Below, piece by piece: positions 9,906 to 20,891 of a stretch of DNA of 64,000 nt. The notes under the pieces are model-generated. The model was not told where the DNA came from. It saw only the letters and a program-made list of their open reading frames with translations, and made no database searches. Every line of letters begins with the position of its first letter. The first letter of the stretch is position 1. The DNA is taken from positions 236,933,198 to 236,997,197 of the forward strand of contig NC_133622.1 of the NCBI RefSeq assembly GCF_048593235.1, written 5' to 3'. A program made the translations under genes and the position numbers. The stretch is from Sminthopsis crassicaudata (Eukaryota).

Positions 9906-10799
9906 TAAGAGAGAAGGAAAAGACCTGGGCTTCTGAGTGTCAGTGGTGATCAGCACAATAGGACTGATTATTGGATAAAACATGGAAAGTGCAACTGTGA
10001 AATCTAATGCCCAGTGTCTGATTTCTGTTGCAGAAGCTATATAAATAACAAAAGGAGAACTGACTGAATTAAAGCAAAGAAATGTGACCACCAGCATCAG
10101 GACCGCTTTGGTGGCTCTAGTCTCAGGGGATGCTCTGAGGGAGGAGTTGATGTTGTGAATGTGTTGGACCCTCTTGATGTGTCTGTGCAAGATAAATACC
10201 ATATATCCACTTGAGGCAACCATGAGACCCACAAACAGAGCATGAACAATTGACTCATAAGTTAAAATTTTTATAATACTCATGGCTTGTAAATGAAAAG
10301 AAATATGTCCAATCCTCCATCTTTCATTACTTCTGTTTCTTGGACTACTATAATTCATAGGTGCAGCAATATCAAGAAGAAGATTGAAAATCCAGTTGAG
10401 AATACAGCAGGAAGGAATACACTTTTGGGTTCTAGTTTTAACTTGTGCCCACTTAAGGGTGCTGGGGCTGATAGTGATGGCCTGGACGACACTCAGGAGG
10501 CAGGTGCTGCAAAGAGAAAGGCCCCGAGTCACTCTCATGACATAAAGTAAGATTTTACCCATTGTTTCATCTATGAAAGATGTCCATTCCCAATTGGTTA
10601 TAATTGTAGAGAAGGCCCTGCAAAGAATCATTAAGACATGGGCAAAGGCCATATTTATGATGATCAGGCTGATGAGTCTTTTCCTGTGGGCAGTGATGAA
10701 CTTGTGAATGTGTAGATAAAGAAGGGACATGTTCCCCAGAACTCCAAAGAAAAACATGGTCAAGTAGAAAATGGCCAAACTATCTTTTTGAGAGCTCAT
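9879..10799 (-). CDS. Vomeronasal type-1 receptor, intact (V1R-A, 306 aa)
   Basis: Single-exon 7TM ORF with V1R motifs GN (TM1), RVTRGLSLCSTCLLSVVQAITISP, LHRHIKRVQHIH, ETRATKAVL, YPIISP; acceptor tttctccccag| 47 nt upstream (10846). Family-level call only. Confidence 0.96.
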   Translation of the reverse strand: MSSQKDSLAIFYLTMFFFGVLGNMSLLYLHIHKFITAHRKRLISLIIINMAFAHVLMILCRAFSTIITNWEWTSFIDETMGKILLYVMRVTRGLSLCSTCLLSVVQAITISPSTLKWAQVKTRTQKCIPSCCILNWIFNLLLDIAAPMNYSSPRNRSNERWRIGHISFHLQAMSIIKILTYESIVHALFVGLMVASSGYMVFILHRHIKRVQHIHNINSSLRASPETRATKAVLMLVVTFLCFNSVSSPFVIYIASATEIRHWALDFTVALSMFYPIISPIVLITTDTQKPRSFPSLLCLKNSSQE

Positions 10800-11413
10800 T
10801 CCTTGAGAGATTCCTTGGAGAACTTTGCTGTCAGCTCCAAAGGGACCTGGGGAGAAACATAGGAGCGTGTGACTTTTCCAATGTGAGGAATTCCCAAATA
10901 TACAACCTACTCAGCTTCTCTTTGAAGAGTGGTAAACCTTCCCAGATAATAGTGCCATTCTAGTGTTCATGAGACATATATTCAACACATCAATTCACAA
11001 ATATTTATTATTCATTATCTAAATATCTTAGAAATAAAACACTTCCCATTTTTTCCAAACCACATTTCTCCTCTTACGACACAATTATCACCTTTTTTAT
11101 AACTAGGATTTTGGACAGACGCGGGATATTTAGCTGTCACAGGTAAGCTTTTGTCTTATGTTTCCAGGGTCCATGTTTCCAAGGTACTGCTTTTCCTTTG
11201 CTTCATGTGCTCCCCTTTGTGAAACCTGACTTTTTTTGGTTCTTTCATTAGAATGTAAGATCTAAAAGGGCAGAGACTTTCTTGGATACTTTTACCCTTA
11301 TTACTATTACTTAGCACACTTCCTGGAATATATATGGTAAAGCTATTTTGATGGTATTTTTTGTAACTAGAATTTGATGAGAAAGAGTAAACTCTGCAGG
11401 TGTCAGCTCTTAC

Positions 11414-11471
11414 TTTTAAAGGATTAGTGACCAGAAATGTTGGTGAATTGTTCAAATTCAGGTCCTTAAAG

Positions 11472-11521
<50 letters not shown>

Positions 11522-11567
11522 GTTTGTATGTGTGTGTGTGTGTGTGTGTGTGTTCTAGATGGATACC
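11414..11567 (-). other. Putative non-coding exon 3 of V1R-A, containing a CA repeat
   Basis: Donor aaa|gtaaga; acceptor is a weak AAG; positionally homologous to 24682-24834. Confidence 0.4.
11474..11552. repeat. (GT)n microsatellite, interrupted
   Basis: Direct reading; copy at 40718-40800. Confidence 0.97.
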
Positions 11568-12536
11568 CTTAGGTAGTAATTACAGATCCCTTTGAAGAGT
11601 GAGTTGTGCAAGATTACTTAAATGTCTAACTATATCTGCCCTCTAAACTTGGGGATTCCACAATACTTTCCACATGTCATATGAAAATACACATTTTCTA
11701 AGGTAAATTATAAGTAGTGCAAGATATTAAAAATATGTAGCGATAATGAAAGGAGTTAGCACTGAGGTATTTGATAATCCTCATTTTTATCTGAACTGGA
11801 TAAAAGAATTTAACATTTTCATACAACCTTTTTCACACACACATACACACAGAGCATGGTTAGGAATATATTAAACTTAACAGTTTAAACCTACAAAATC
11901 AATAGTTTTTGGGGAAAGGAGATGGAGGCACAAATAGGAGGGCAGATGTATGAGCAAGTTTTGTAAATGAAATAGTTTGTTTTAGGAAGCAGGGGACTCT
12001 TACAGATGGATTGAAAGAAAGAAAAGAAAGAGTGAAACAATGTGATCAGTGTTGATAGGGCAGTGAAGCAGAAAAAAATTGTATCATTCAGAATTTGTTG
12101 TTCGTCTAAGTATTCTTTAACTCCTTTGTAAAAAGGAAAATAAGAGAAAAAAACAACAACAACTAGGAAGACAATACAGCAGGATTACAATAATTTGTAG
12201 GAAAATAATTGGGACATACCACCCACTGAATAGTAGAGCACAATAGAATATACTGCAAAGCTGATTTCCAAAATAAGTTACTTGAAAAAATTACTTTTGT
12301 TACATAAAGATTCATGTGCAGATAAAATCCATCATACTTCAAAAAAACTTTAAAAAGCATGCTTTTAGAGAAAGTAATGGCAAAAAATAAACATGATAGA
12401 AGGAGATAAGCATGGAAAAACATGCTCAATGATGACAATGAAAAATCTTTTACAAACATGTCATATTAAATATATTTGATATGCATTATATATATTCTTA
12501 CCTGTATAAACATTTTATATGGACACACAATCAGTA

Positions 12537-12570
12537 CATATATATATGTGTATGTATATATATGTACACT

Positions 12571-12605
<35 letters not shown>

Positions 12606-12612
12606 TTATATA
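12537..12612. repeat. (TA)n/(CA)n microsatellite
   Basis: Direct reading; copy ~41783-41850 has fewer CA and more TA. Confidence 0.9.
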
Positions 12613-13849
12613 ATACATTACAAATATGTGTAAGTAGATGTTTTTGCTTTTTAGTTTTGGAAAGGGGATGCCATCTGTTAGACAGAGGATGCTCTGGGTA
12701 TCAGGTCACTCTAAGTCTAAGCCCCAGTTATGAGACTCTGGCTAAGGCAGTTATTTTATTCTAGGAAACCCCAAGATGTTGGGGAATGACTGATTTGAAT
12801 CAGGAGAGTGTCTTTTTACACTCAGAGCTTCTTGATTCTATGAAACCACAGGTTTAGGTGAACAAAACTAGGAATTCAACATGCTTTATTTCTGTCAACC
12901 AAATGACTAGAAGTGTGGTCTATATGCTCTGAATGGGTGGGACTTACTCCAGCTGCCTTGTGTTTGTTACACTCCTGTTATCAAAGTATGAATTTTTTGG
13001 GGGAAGACTTCTATATGTTCCATTTTTCCAGATGACTTCCCTAGAGGAAATGCAATGGTTAGAATGTCAGACTTGGTTTCTGGAAGCCCCAAGTTGAAGT
13101 GTAGCTTCTGACACTTAGTTGTGACCCTCAGAACATCAGCTTTCCTAGCTTTCACGATTTATAAAACGAGTACAATAATAGCACTATGCTTTGAAGACCA
13201 AATGAGAACATCTATAAAGTACTTAGCACAGTGTCTGGCACAAACTTGACATTGCATAAATACTTCCTACTCTGCTTTTCTTCCTTGAAAATTTGTGCTA
13301 TTCAAGTGGGTTGAGAATTGGAAAAAATATCCTGTCCTGCATTATCTACCTGTAAGGTTGCTGTGAGGATCAAGTGATATATCCTCTGTAAATCTTAAAG
13401 TGCTCTATAAATGTTGTTTATGATTATTCCTCTGATTATTGATGTATCCTATGCCATCTGACCTTGTTTCTTGCTCTCAACTTTAGCTCTTTGCATACTG
13501 AGATTGCTGAAATAGGCAATGACACAAAAGAAAAATGAACACCCATTACTAAGGCAAGATTAGTTACCACTGCATATTTGGGAAATTAATTGGTACAGAA
13601 CTACGGGAGTAGTTACAGAACTACGGGAGTAGTTCTGGAGGTAGGAAGACAAATTTAAATCTATCCTCAGACAAAGAATAGCTTTTTAACCTTGCAAAAT
13701 TAACTTAAATAAGATCTTCAGTTTTTTCATGCGTAAAATGGGAATATGTTATAAAATATGCTATATATCAAATGAGATGATAGTGAAAACATAGTAATAA
13801 ATTCTTTCCCATGGTGCTTGGCATATAGTTGACATTCCCTAAGTCCTCC

Positions 13850-14020
13850 TCGCCTTTCTTTTTCTTACTTTTCCCTTCCTTCCTTCCCATTCCCTCTCTC
13901 CCTTCCTCCCTTCCTCCCTTCCTCCCTTCCTTTCTCCCTTCCTCCCTCCCTCTCTCCCTTCCTCTTTCCCTTCCTTCCTCCATTTCTTCCCTCCTTGTCT
14001 CATTTCCTTCTTTCTTTCCT
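13850..14020. repeat. (CCTT/CCCT)n pyrimidine tract
   Basis: Direct reading; longer variant at ~43066-43258. Confidence 0.95.
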
Positions 14021-14578
14021 TTCTCCTTTGAAAGATTGTATTATTCAAGTGTCTTTAATAATAGAAAAACAATGGTATCCTATGTAATTAGTTAATCCTC
14101 AAACATATTGAAACGAAAGAGAACAAATCCTTGTTTTGTTCTTCAAACAAAGATGTGATTATTCTATTATTTTTTCACAAGTTTTTTTTTATCTATAAGC
14201 TTTCTAAATTTTCATATGAACTTAGCCAACTTAGTCTAATTCAGTGCACACTCTTATAACGTCTGTCTATGAAAGATTAATGAGACCTTAGGGAAATAAA
14301 ATGATCATTTTGATACATAGTTTTCTGCCCCTAGAAGCTCCCTCCTCTGAATAGGGAGAATTTTGGAGATGTGCTGAGTTGCATAGGATCAATCTTTGTG
14401 CTGCCCAAGGAAATGGAGGAAGAAGTGAAATAAAACATAGCACAACCCCCAAACCCTAACCTTTGCTCCATCAGGGGACAGATCTGTACTTGGCACCTAA
14501 GTCAGTTTTTTTTAACAATGAGGAAATTAAGGCTCAGGATATAAAAGTGAATGAAAAACTCTAGGTAGTGCTACTTAC

Positions 14579-14714
14579 TGCCACTGCCTGAACAGACAAG
14601 GAGGCAGATAGAGACATTGATTTTTCCTCTTTATCAAGAGAAATTTGTAGAATATAAGAAGAAAGACGTTTGTTTTTCTGAATATTATTAAATGGCTTGG
14701 AGCCAGAGAGAGAA
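14579..14714 (-). other. Putative non-coding exon 2 of V1R-A
   Basis: Acceptor tttttctctctggcccttccag|ttc; donor gca|gtaagt (differs from the donor in the other copies). Confidence 0.5.
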
Positions 14715-15177
14715 CTGGAAGGGCCAGAGAGAAAAAAAAAACTTATAGAGGAGGTATCAATGCAGTTTCTAGGCAATCTACAGCAAACTCTTGAGATATG
14801 CCTGTTACGCTGACACTGAGAGGATGCTGTGAAAGAAACAAGGTACCCCATTGCCAGACATGAGCTCTCCATGTCTTTTCTCTGCCCTTCCAAAATATAA
14901 AGTATATGCTGTATCCTATTGTGTGAAGATAGTGATGAAGAATGAGCTGAAGAGTAACTAAAGGAATGGAAAATAGAAGGTGGCAGTCTTGTTTCCAAAA
15001 CCCAAGCCAGAATAGCCTAGAATAGTCAAAATGTCCTTCCTTTATCCCCCCCCCCCAAATCATTATTCCTAATCATCTTTTCTTCCTCATTGCAGAACTG
15101 AGAGAGCCTGTTCCCTGGCTCCTGGAAGGGATTCTTACCTATCCCTGTGTGAGGCTAAGGCTTTCCATATCACTCAC

Positions 15178-15600
15178 CAGACTGTTCTCTGCTGCCGGGG
15201 CCTGGGGTAGAATTGCAGAAGTCTGTGCATGTATGTGAGTATGTGTATATGTATGTGTGGGGTATATCTGGGGCTGGAGTTATAGGGAGAGCAGAGTCTA
15301 AGCTCATTTCCCCTAAGATCTATAATTATGATGTCATGTGCTGCAAGAGGAACACTTGACAGAAGAGGGAACTTGAGGGGTGTCTGAATTAGGAACAGAA
15401 TTTTACCTCATGTGAAAATTATTGTCAACAATTTTTATTGATTAATGAGAATCTCCAAAGGAATATTTGTGAGTAACCAAAAAGAGATTTTCCTCTGCCT
15501 GTTAAGAGGAGAAGTAAAAGTTTAATTTTTTCTCATGGTCATTGCAAGGATTTGCTGCTAAATGTCTTTCAAACAGTGATCTCAGAAAAATGTACCCTGG
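15178..15600 (-). promoter_or_regulatory. Putative V1R-A exon 1 / promoter block (X2)
   Basis: Donor ctg|gtgagt at 15177, 4.4 kb upstream of the ATG; ~94-95% identical by eye to the V1R-C block at 30997-31400. Confidence 0.62.
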
Positions 15601-15643
15601 GCTCATTTTAACATTTAATCTGAATCTTCACCCTTTATCATTT

Positions 15644-16722
15644 AAAAAAATAGTTTTTATTTACCAGATATTTGCATGGGTAATTTTATAATATTGACAA
15701 TTGCCAAACCTTTTGTTCTAATTTTCCTCCTCCTTGCCCCCTCCCCCCCCCGAGATGGCAAGTTGACCAATACACGTTAAATATGTGCAAGTATAATTTA
15801 AATACAATATATGTATACATGTCCAAACAGTTATTTTGCTGTACAAAAAGAATCAGACTTTGAAATAGTGTACAATTAGCCTGTGAAGGAAATCCAAAAT
15901 GCAGGAGGACAAAAATAGAGGGATTAGAAATTCTATGTTGTAGTCCATAGTCATCTCCTAGGGTTCTTTTCCTGGGTGTAGCTGGTTCAATTCATTACTT
16001 CTCTATTGGAACTGATTTGGTTTATCTTATTGTCGAAAATGGCCACATCCATCAGAATTGATCATCATATAGTATTGTTGTTGAAGTATACAAAGATCTC
16101 CTGGTCCTGCTCATTTCACTCAACATCAGTTCCTGTAAGTCTCTCCAGTCCTTCCTGAAATCATCCTGCTGGTCATTTCTTATACAACAATAATATTTCA
16201 TAACATTCATATACCACAATTTATTCAGCCATTCTCCAATTGATGGACATCCACTCAGTTTCCAGTTTCTGGCCACTACAAAGAGGGTTGTCACAAACAT
16301 TCTTGCACATACAGGTCCCTTTCCCTTCTTTAACATCTCTTTGGGATATAAGGCCAGTAGTAACACTGCTGTGTCAAAGGGTATGCACAGTTTGACAACT
16401 TTTTTGAGCATAGTTCCAAATTGCTCTCCAGAATGGCTGGATGTATTTACAATTCCACCAACAATGTATCAGTGTCCCTGTTTTCCCACATCCCCTCCAA
16501 CATTGCACATTATCTTTCCCTGTCATTCTAGCCAATCTGACAGGTGTGTAGAGTTGTCTTAATTTACATTTCTCTGATTAATAATGACTTGGAGCATCTT
16601 TTCATATGACTAGAAATAGTTTCAATTTCTTCATTTGAGAAAATTGTTCATATCCTTTGAGCATTTATCAATTGGAGAATGGTTTGATTTCTTATAAATT
16701 AGAGTCAATTTTCTATATATTT
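15644..16722 (-). mobile_element. 5'-truncated L1 (ORF2 C-terminus + 3' UTR) with 14-bp TSD
   Basis: ORF 16052-16411 matches the L1 ORF2 C-terminus; TSD accctttatcattt at 15630-15643 and 16723-16736. Confidence 0.95.
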
Positions 16723-16759
16723 ACCCTTTATCATTTTCCTAAGTCTTCTTGCCCTTCCA

Positions 16760-16960
16760 TCATACCCAACTCTTTGTGACTCTGTGGATCATACTGTCCA
16801 TGTGATTTTCTTTGCAAAAGAGATGGAGGATTGCCTTTTTCTTCTCTAGTGAATTAAGGCAAACACAAGTTATGTGACTCACACAATTAAGTCATAGGGC
16901 AGATTTGTTTTTTTGGCTTCCTGGCCCAGAATTCTATCTACTGAAACACATGTCTTGTCT
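16760..16960 (-). mobile_element. Mar1-like CORE-SINE (RTE-type tail), decayed
   Basis: 'caactctttgtgactctgtgg...ttttctttgcaaaagagatggaggattgcc...ttctctag' followed by core-like sequence; copy ~46020-46210. Confidence 0.6.
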
Positions 16961-17062
16961 AAATGTAGACAAAATAACAAAATGAAAACTCAGTGTTTTT
17001 CAGAATTTGCCAATTTCTGAGATGTGAACAATTGCCTTGAAAGATTAAGAATTAGCTGTTCT

Positions 17063-18266
17063 TAGAGATCATTATTGATCATAAAATAGAAGATTTTGAT
17101 TACATCAAACTAAAAAGTTTCTGTACAAACAATACTTAATGCAAACAAGATTAGAAGGGAAGTAACAAATTGGGAAAATATTTTTACAGTTAAAGGTTCT
17201 GATAAAGGTCTCATTTCCAAAATATATAGAGAACTGACCCTAATTTATAAGAAATCAAACCATTCTCCAATTGCTAAATGGTCAAAGGATATGAACAGAC
17301 AATTCTCAGATGATAAAATTGAAATTATATCCACTCATATGAAAGTGTTCCAAATCACTACTGATTAGAGAAATGCAAATTAAGACAACTCTAAGATACC
17401 ACTACACACCTGTCATATTGGCTAAGATGACAGGAACAAATAGTGATGAATGTTGGAGGGGATGTGGGAAAACTGGGACACTGATGCATTGTTGGTGGAG
17501 CTGTGAAAGTATCCGGCCATTCTGGAGAGCAATTTGGAACTATGCCCAAAGAGTTATCAAACTGTGTATACCCTTTGATCCAGCAGTGCTACTATTGGGC
17601 CTATATCCCAAAGAAATACTGAGGAGGGGAAAGGGACCTGTATGTGCCAAAATGTTTGTGGCAACTCTTTTTGTAGTGGCTAGAAATTGGAAGATGAATG
17701 GTTGTCCATCAATTGGAGAATAGTTGGGTAAATTATGGTATATGAAGGTTATGGAATATTATTGCTCTGTAAGAAATGACCAGGAGGAATACAGAGAGGC
17801 CTGGAGAGACTTACATCAACTGATACTGAGTGAAATGAACAGAACCAGAAGATCACTATACACTTCAACAACAATACTGTATGAAGATGTATACTGATGG
17901 AAGTGGATATTTTCAACATAAAGAAGATCCAACTCACTTCCAGCTGATCAATGATGGACAGAAACAACTACACCCAGAGAAGGAACACTGGGAAGTGAAT
18001 GTAAAATATTAGCACTACTGTCTATCTACCCAGGTTACTTATACCTTTGGAATCCAATACTTAACTTGCAACAAGAAAATTGGATTTACACACATATATT
18101 GTATCTAGGTTATACTGTAACACATATAAAATGTATGGGATTGCCTGTAATCTAGGGGAGGCAGTAGAGGGAGAGAGGGGAAAATTTGGAAAAATGTATA
18201 CAAGGGATAATGTTATAAAAAATTACTCATGCATATATACTGTCAAAAAATTTATAATTATAAAAA
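17063..18266 (+). mobile_element. 5'-truncated L1 (different 3' UTR subfamily) with 16-bp TSD
   Basis: ORF 17373-17723 [13 protein letters not shown]...CWRGCGK; TSD aagaattagctgttct at 17047-17062 and 18267-18282; TT/AAGA target and A-tail. Confidence 0.96.
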
Positions 18267-19041
18267 AAGAATTAGCTGTTCTGAGCAAGTTTGAGCCAGC
18301 TGCAACAAACTTCTAAGAAAGAGGGAGACTGGGGTGCTTGTGATATGATGAATGGAGAGCCCTTTACTTGTATTTCTGGGCTCCTGGTGAGCTCTTCTGT
18401 ACTAATCACTGAATGTTGTTGATACAAGGGCCCATTGAGTTCCTTTGGAGTCCCATTTTGTGTATCTAAGTTGAATTCCCTTCTTATGGCTAAAAGATTG
18501 GGAATGATAACTTAAAATTCTCTCCTTGATAGTGTGTTGGATTGAAACAATGATGGGGATGGATTATGACCTGAATATGAATGTGTAACTTCCATATCAT
18601 GGAAGGTATCCTTCGTATCATGTATGCCCAGGGACGACTCCCCAGCCCTTGAATGCCATATACTATGAGGATTCAACCACGTAATGGCTCTTTGAGATGA
18701 CATGATTCCTCCATTCACAACATGGACAAAGCTCTCTTTATCTCCTTCTGCCTCCTTAGGCCCTCTTGTTTTGTTGAGATATCAGATGTGTATCCTGATG
18801 TCATCTCTGAAAGAATTCAGGCTCAGCCAGTCTCCAACTCAAGGAAAGGCATTGTATTGAGTTATAGACACTCAGTGGGCTGTCAAAGCTCCCTGAGGGA
18901 ATCAGTCCAGCCACTCAAGGCCAGAGTTTTTAGAGTGTAAATGATACTTATTAGATCATAAGACATATACATTTTGAGGTTTTAGCAGGAGTTTGCCATC
19001 TTGGAGAGGTCCTTAAGCCTTGCTGGAACTGTACCTGTGAG

Positions 19042-19042
<1 letters not shown>

Positions 19043-19074
<32 letters not shown>

Positions 19075-19138
19075 CATATATATATATGTATGCATGTAGG
19101 TATACATGTGTATATATAGATAATGTGTCTGAGTATGA

Positions 19139-19192
<54 letters not shown>
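19043..19192. repeat. (TA)n-rich microsatellite
   Basis: Direct reading; coincides with the N gap in unit B. Confidence 0.95.
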
Positions 19193-19197
<5 letters not shown>

Positions 19198-20162
19198 TAA
19201 ATCTATGGTGAAATGTAGTCTACTTGGGGTGGAGGTGGAACAGAGTAAAAAGAGAAAGAAGAATAAAGTAAAAATTGCACATTAGAGAACAAAAGAATAT
19301 CCTACAAGGAAGTAAAGAATTGATGCAATGTCATAAATACAATGTATTCTGTTATATATGCTTTCTTAAAATGAAAATTTATTGTTACATATTTTGAAAC
19401 TTCTCTGATATTCTGCTGGGCATATGACAATATTTTATTTTTTTCCTTTTTCTGTCTTTCTATATTTTGTTTTTTTATCTTATATTAATTTCCAATAAAT
19501 ATTGAAAAAAAGAAGCAGGGGAAATACCTTCTTAGATTTGTGTTTTGTGAATAATCTTGGTGATTATTATTTCACATAATTTTTTTCAATTGTTTGGATG
19601 CTATTCTTTTTACTTACAAAATTATGGTCATTTTGCATTCCTGGTTCTACTTTACTTTGCATAATTCCATCGGTATTTATTATATTCACGATTTTTATCT
19701 TTTAGTAATAGGTAGAATATTTAAATATTCCATTTATTTTGCTTAATATGTATTCCTTATTACTTCTTTACATTTATATGCCATACTTTTTGAAAGACCT
19801 TTTCAACTTGATAGGAATTGACTTTGTTTCCCTGAAATGTTGATATAAATATTTTGATGTATATCAGGCCTTTTTTTGAAAATTGATCTCACTGGGGTAT
19901 ATGCTTAAGAGTAGGGTATGCAACTTTATAGGGGAAGGAACAGTATTAATTTTTATTTGTCCCTTTGTTTCTATTCTTTCAGTTTATGGGAGGAGAAGTG
20001 GAGGAGTGCAATTATTGTTTTCATGATCTACTCTATTTTTTGTTTTGGTGAGAGTTCCTCCTCTGTCCATTGTTGTGACTTTTCCCTTTTCCCATTATAC
20101 TCCAATTTTTTATGACTTCTTCCATTCATGTTGCTTATACATTTTGAGCTCATTTTGAGATA

Positions 20163-20891
20163 GACAGAATTACAGCAGACAAATGTGAGCACCAGCCTCA
20201 GAATGGCTTTGGTGGATCTAGTCTCAGGGGAAGTTCTGAGGGTGGGCTTAATGCTGTGAATGTGTCTCTCATTGTGTCTGTGCAATATAAATACCATTTA
20301 GCCACTTGAGCCAACCATGAGACTCACAAACAGAGCATTAACAACTGACTGACAAATTAAAATTTTTATAATATTCATGGCTTGCAAGTCTAAAGAAATA
20401 TGTCCAATCCTCCACCTTTCATTACTTCTGTTTCTTGGGCTACTATAATTCATAGGTGCAGCAATATCAAGAAGAAGATTGAAAATCCAGCTGAGCATAC
20501 AGCAGGAAGGAATACACTTTTGGGTTCTAGTTTTAAGTTGTGCCCACTTAAGGCTGCTGGGGCTGATGGTGATGTCCTGGACGACACTCAGGAGGCAGCT
20601 GCAAAGAGAAAGGCCCCGGGTCACTCTTATGAGGTAATATACAATTTTACCCATTGTTTCATCTAGGAAAGATATCCATCCCCAAATGGTTATTATTGTA
20701 GGGATGCCTCTGAAAACAATCATTAAGACATGGGCAAAAGCCAAATTGATGATGATCAGGCTGATGAGGCTTTTTCTGTGAGCAGTGTTGAATTTATGAA
20801 CGTGCAGACAAAGAAGGGACATGTTGCCCAGAACTCCAAAGAAAAGCATGGTCAAGTACACAATGACCAAGCTGTCTTTATGAAAGCTCAT
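20163..20891 (-). pseudogene. V1R pseudogene (V1R-B)
   Basis: MSFHKDS... start at 20891; TAT>TAA stop at 20298-20300; in-frame codon deletions; ~250-bp deletion removing TM7/C-terminus (joins NSV to the 3' flank). Confidence 0.93.

Noticed and set aside
10293-10550. Plus-strand ORFs inside V1R genes (also 20400-20978, 23471-23794 and unit B copies)
   Set aside because: Antisense shadows of the receptor coding strand, not conserved in frame between paralogues.
12900-13360. Extra minus-strand donor-like sites (gga|gtaagt ~12945, cag|gtagat ~13348; also ~28735, ~29167) as additional exons
   Set aside because: Not positionally conserved between A- and C-type genes and no clearly paired acceptors; left uncalled.
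13594-13633. 20-bp direct repeat (tacagaactacgggagtagt x2)
   Set aside because: Two adjacent copies with no spacer, present only in unit A; a simple slippage duplication, not a CRISPR-like or functional array.
13768-14095. E/G/R/K-rich and P/S/F-rich ORFs (also 43046-43318)
   Set aside because: Translations of the (CCTT)n tract.
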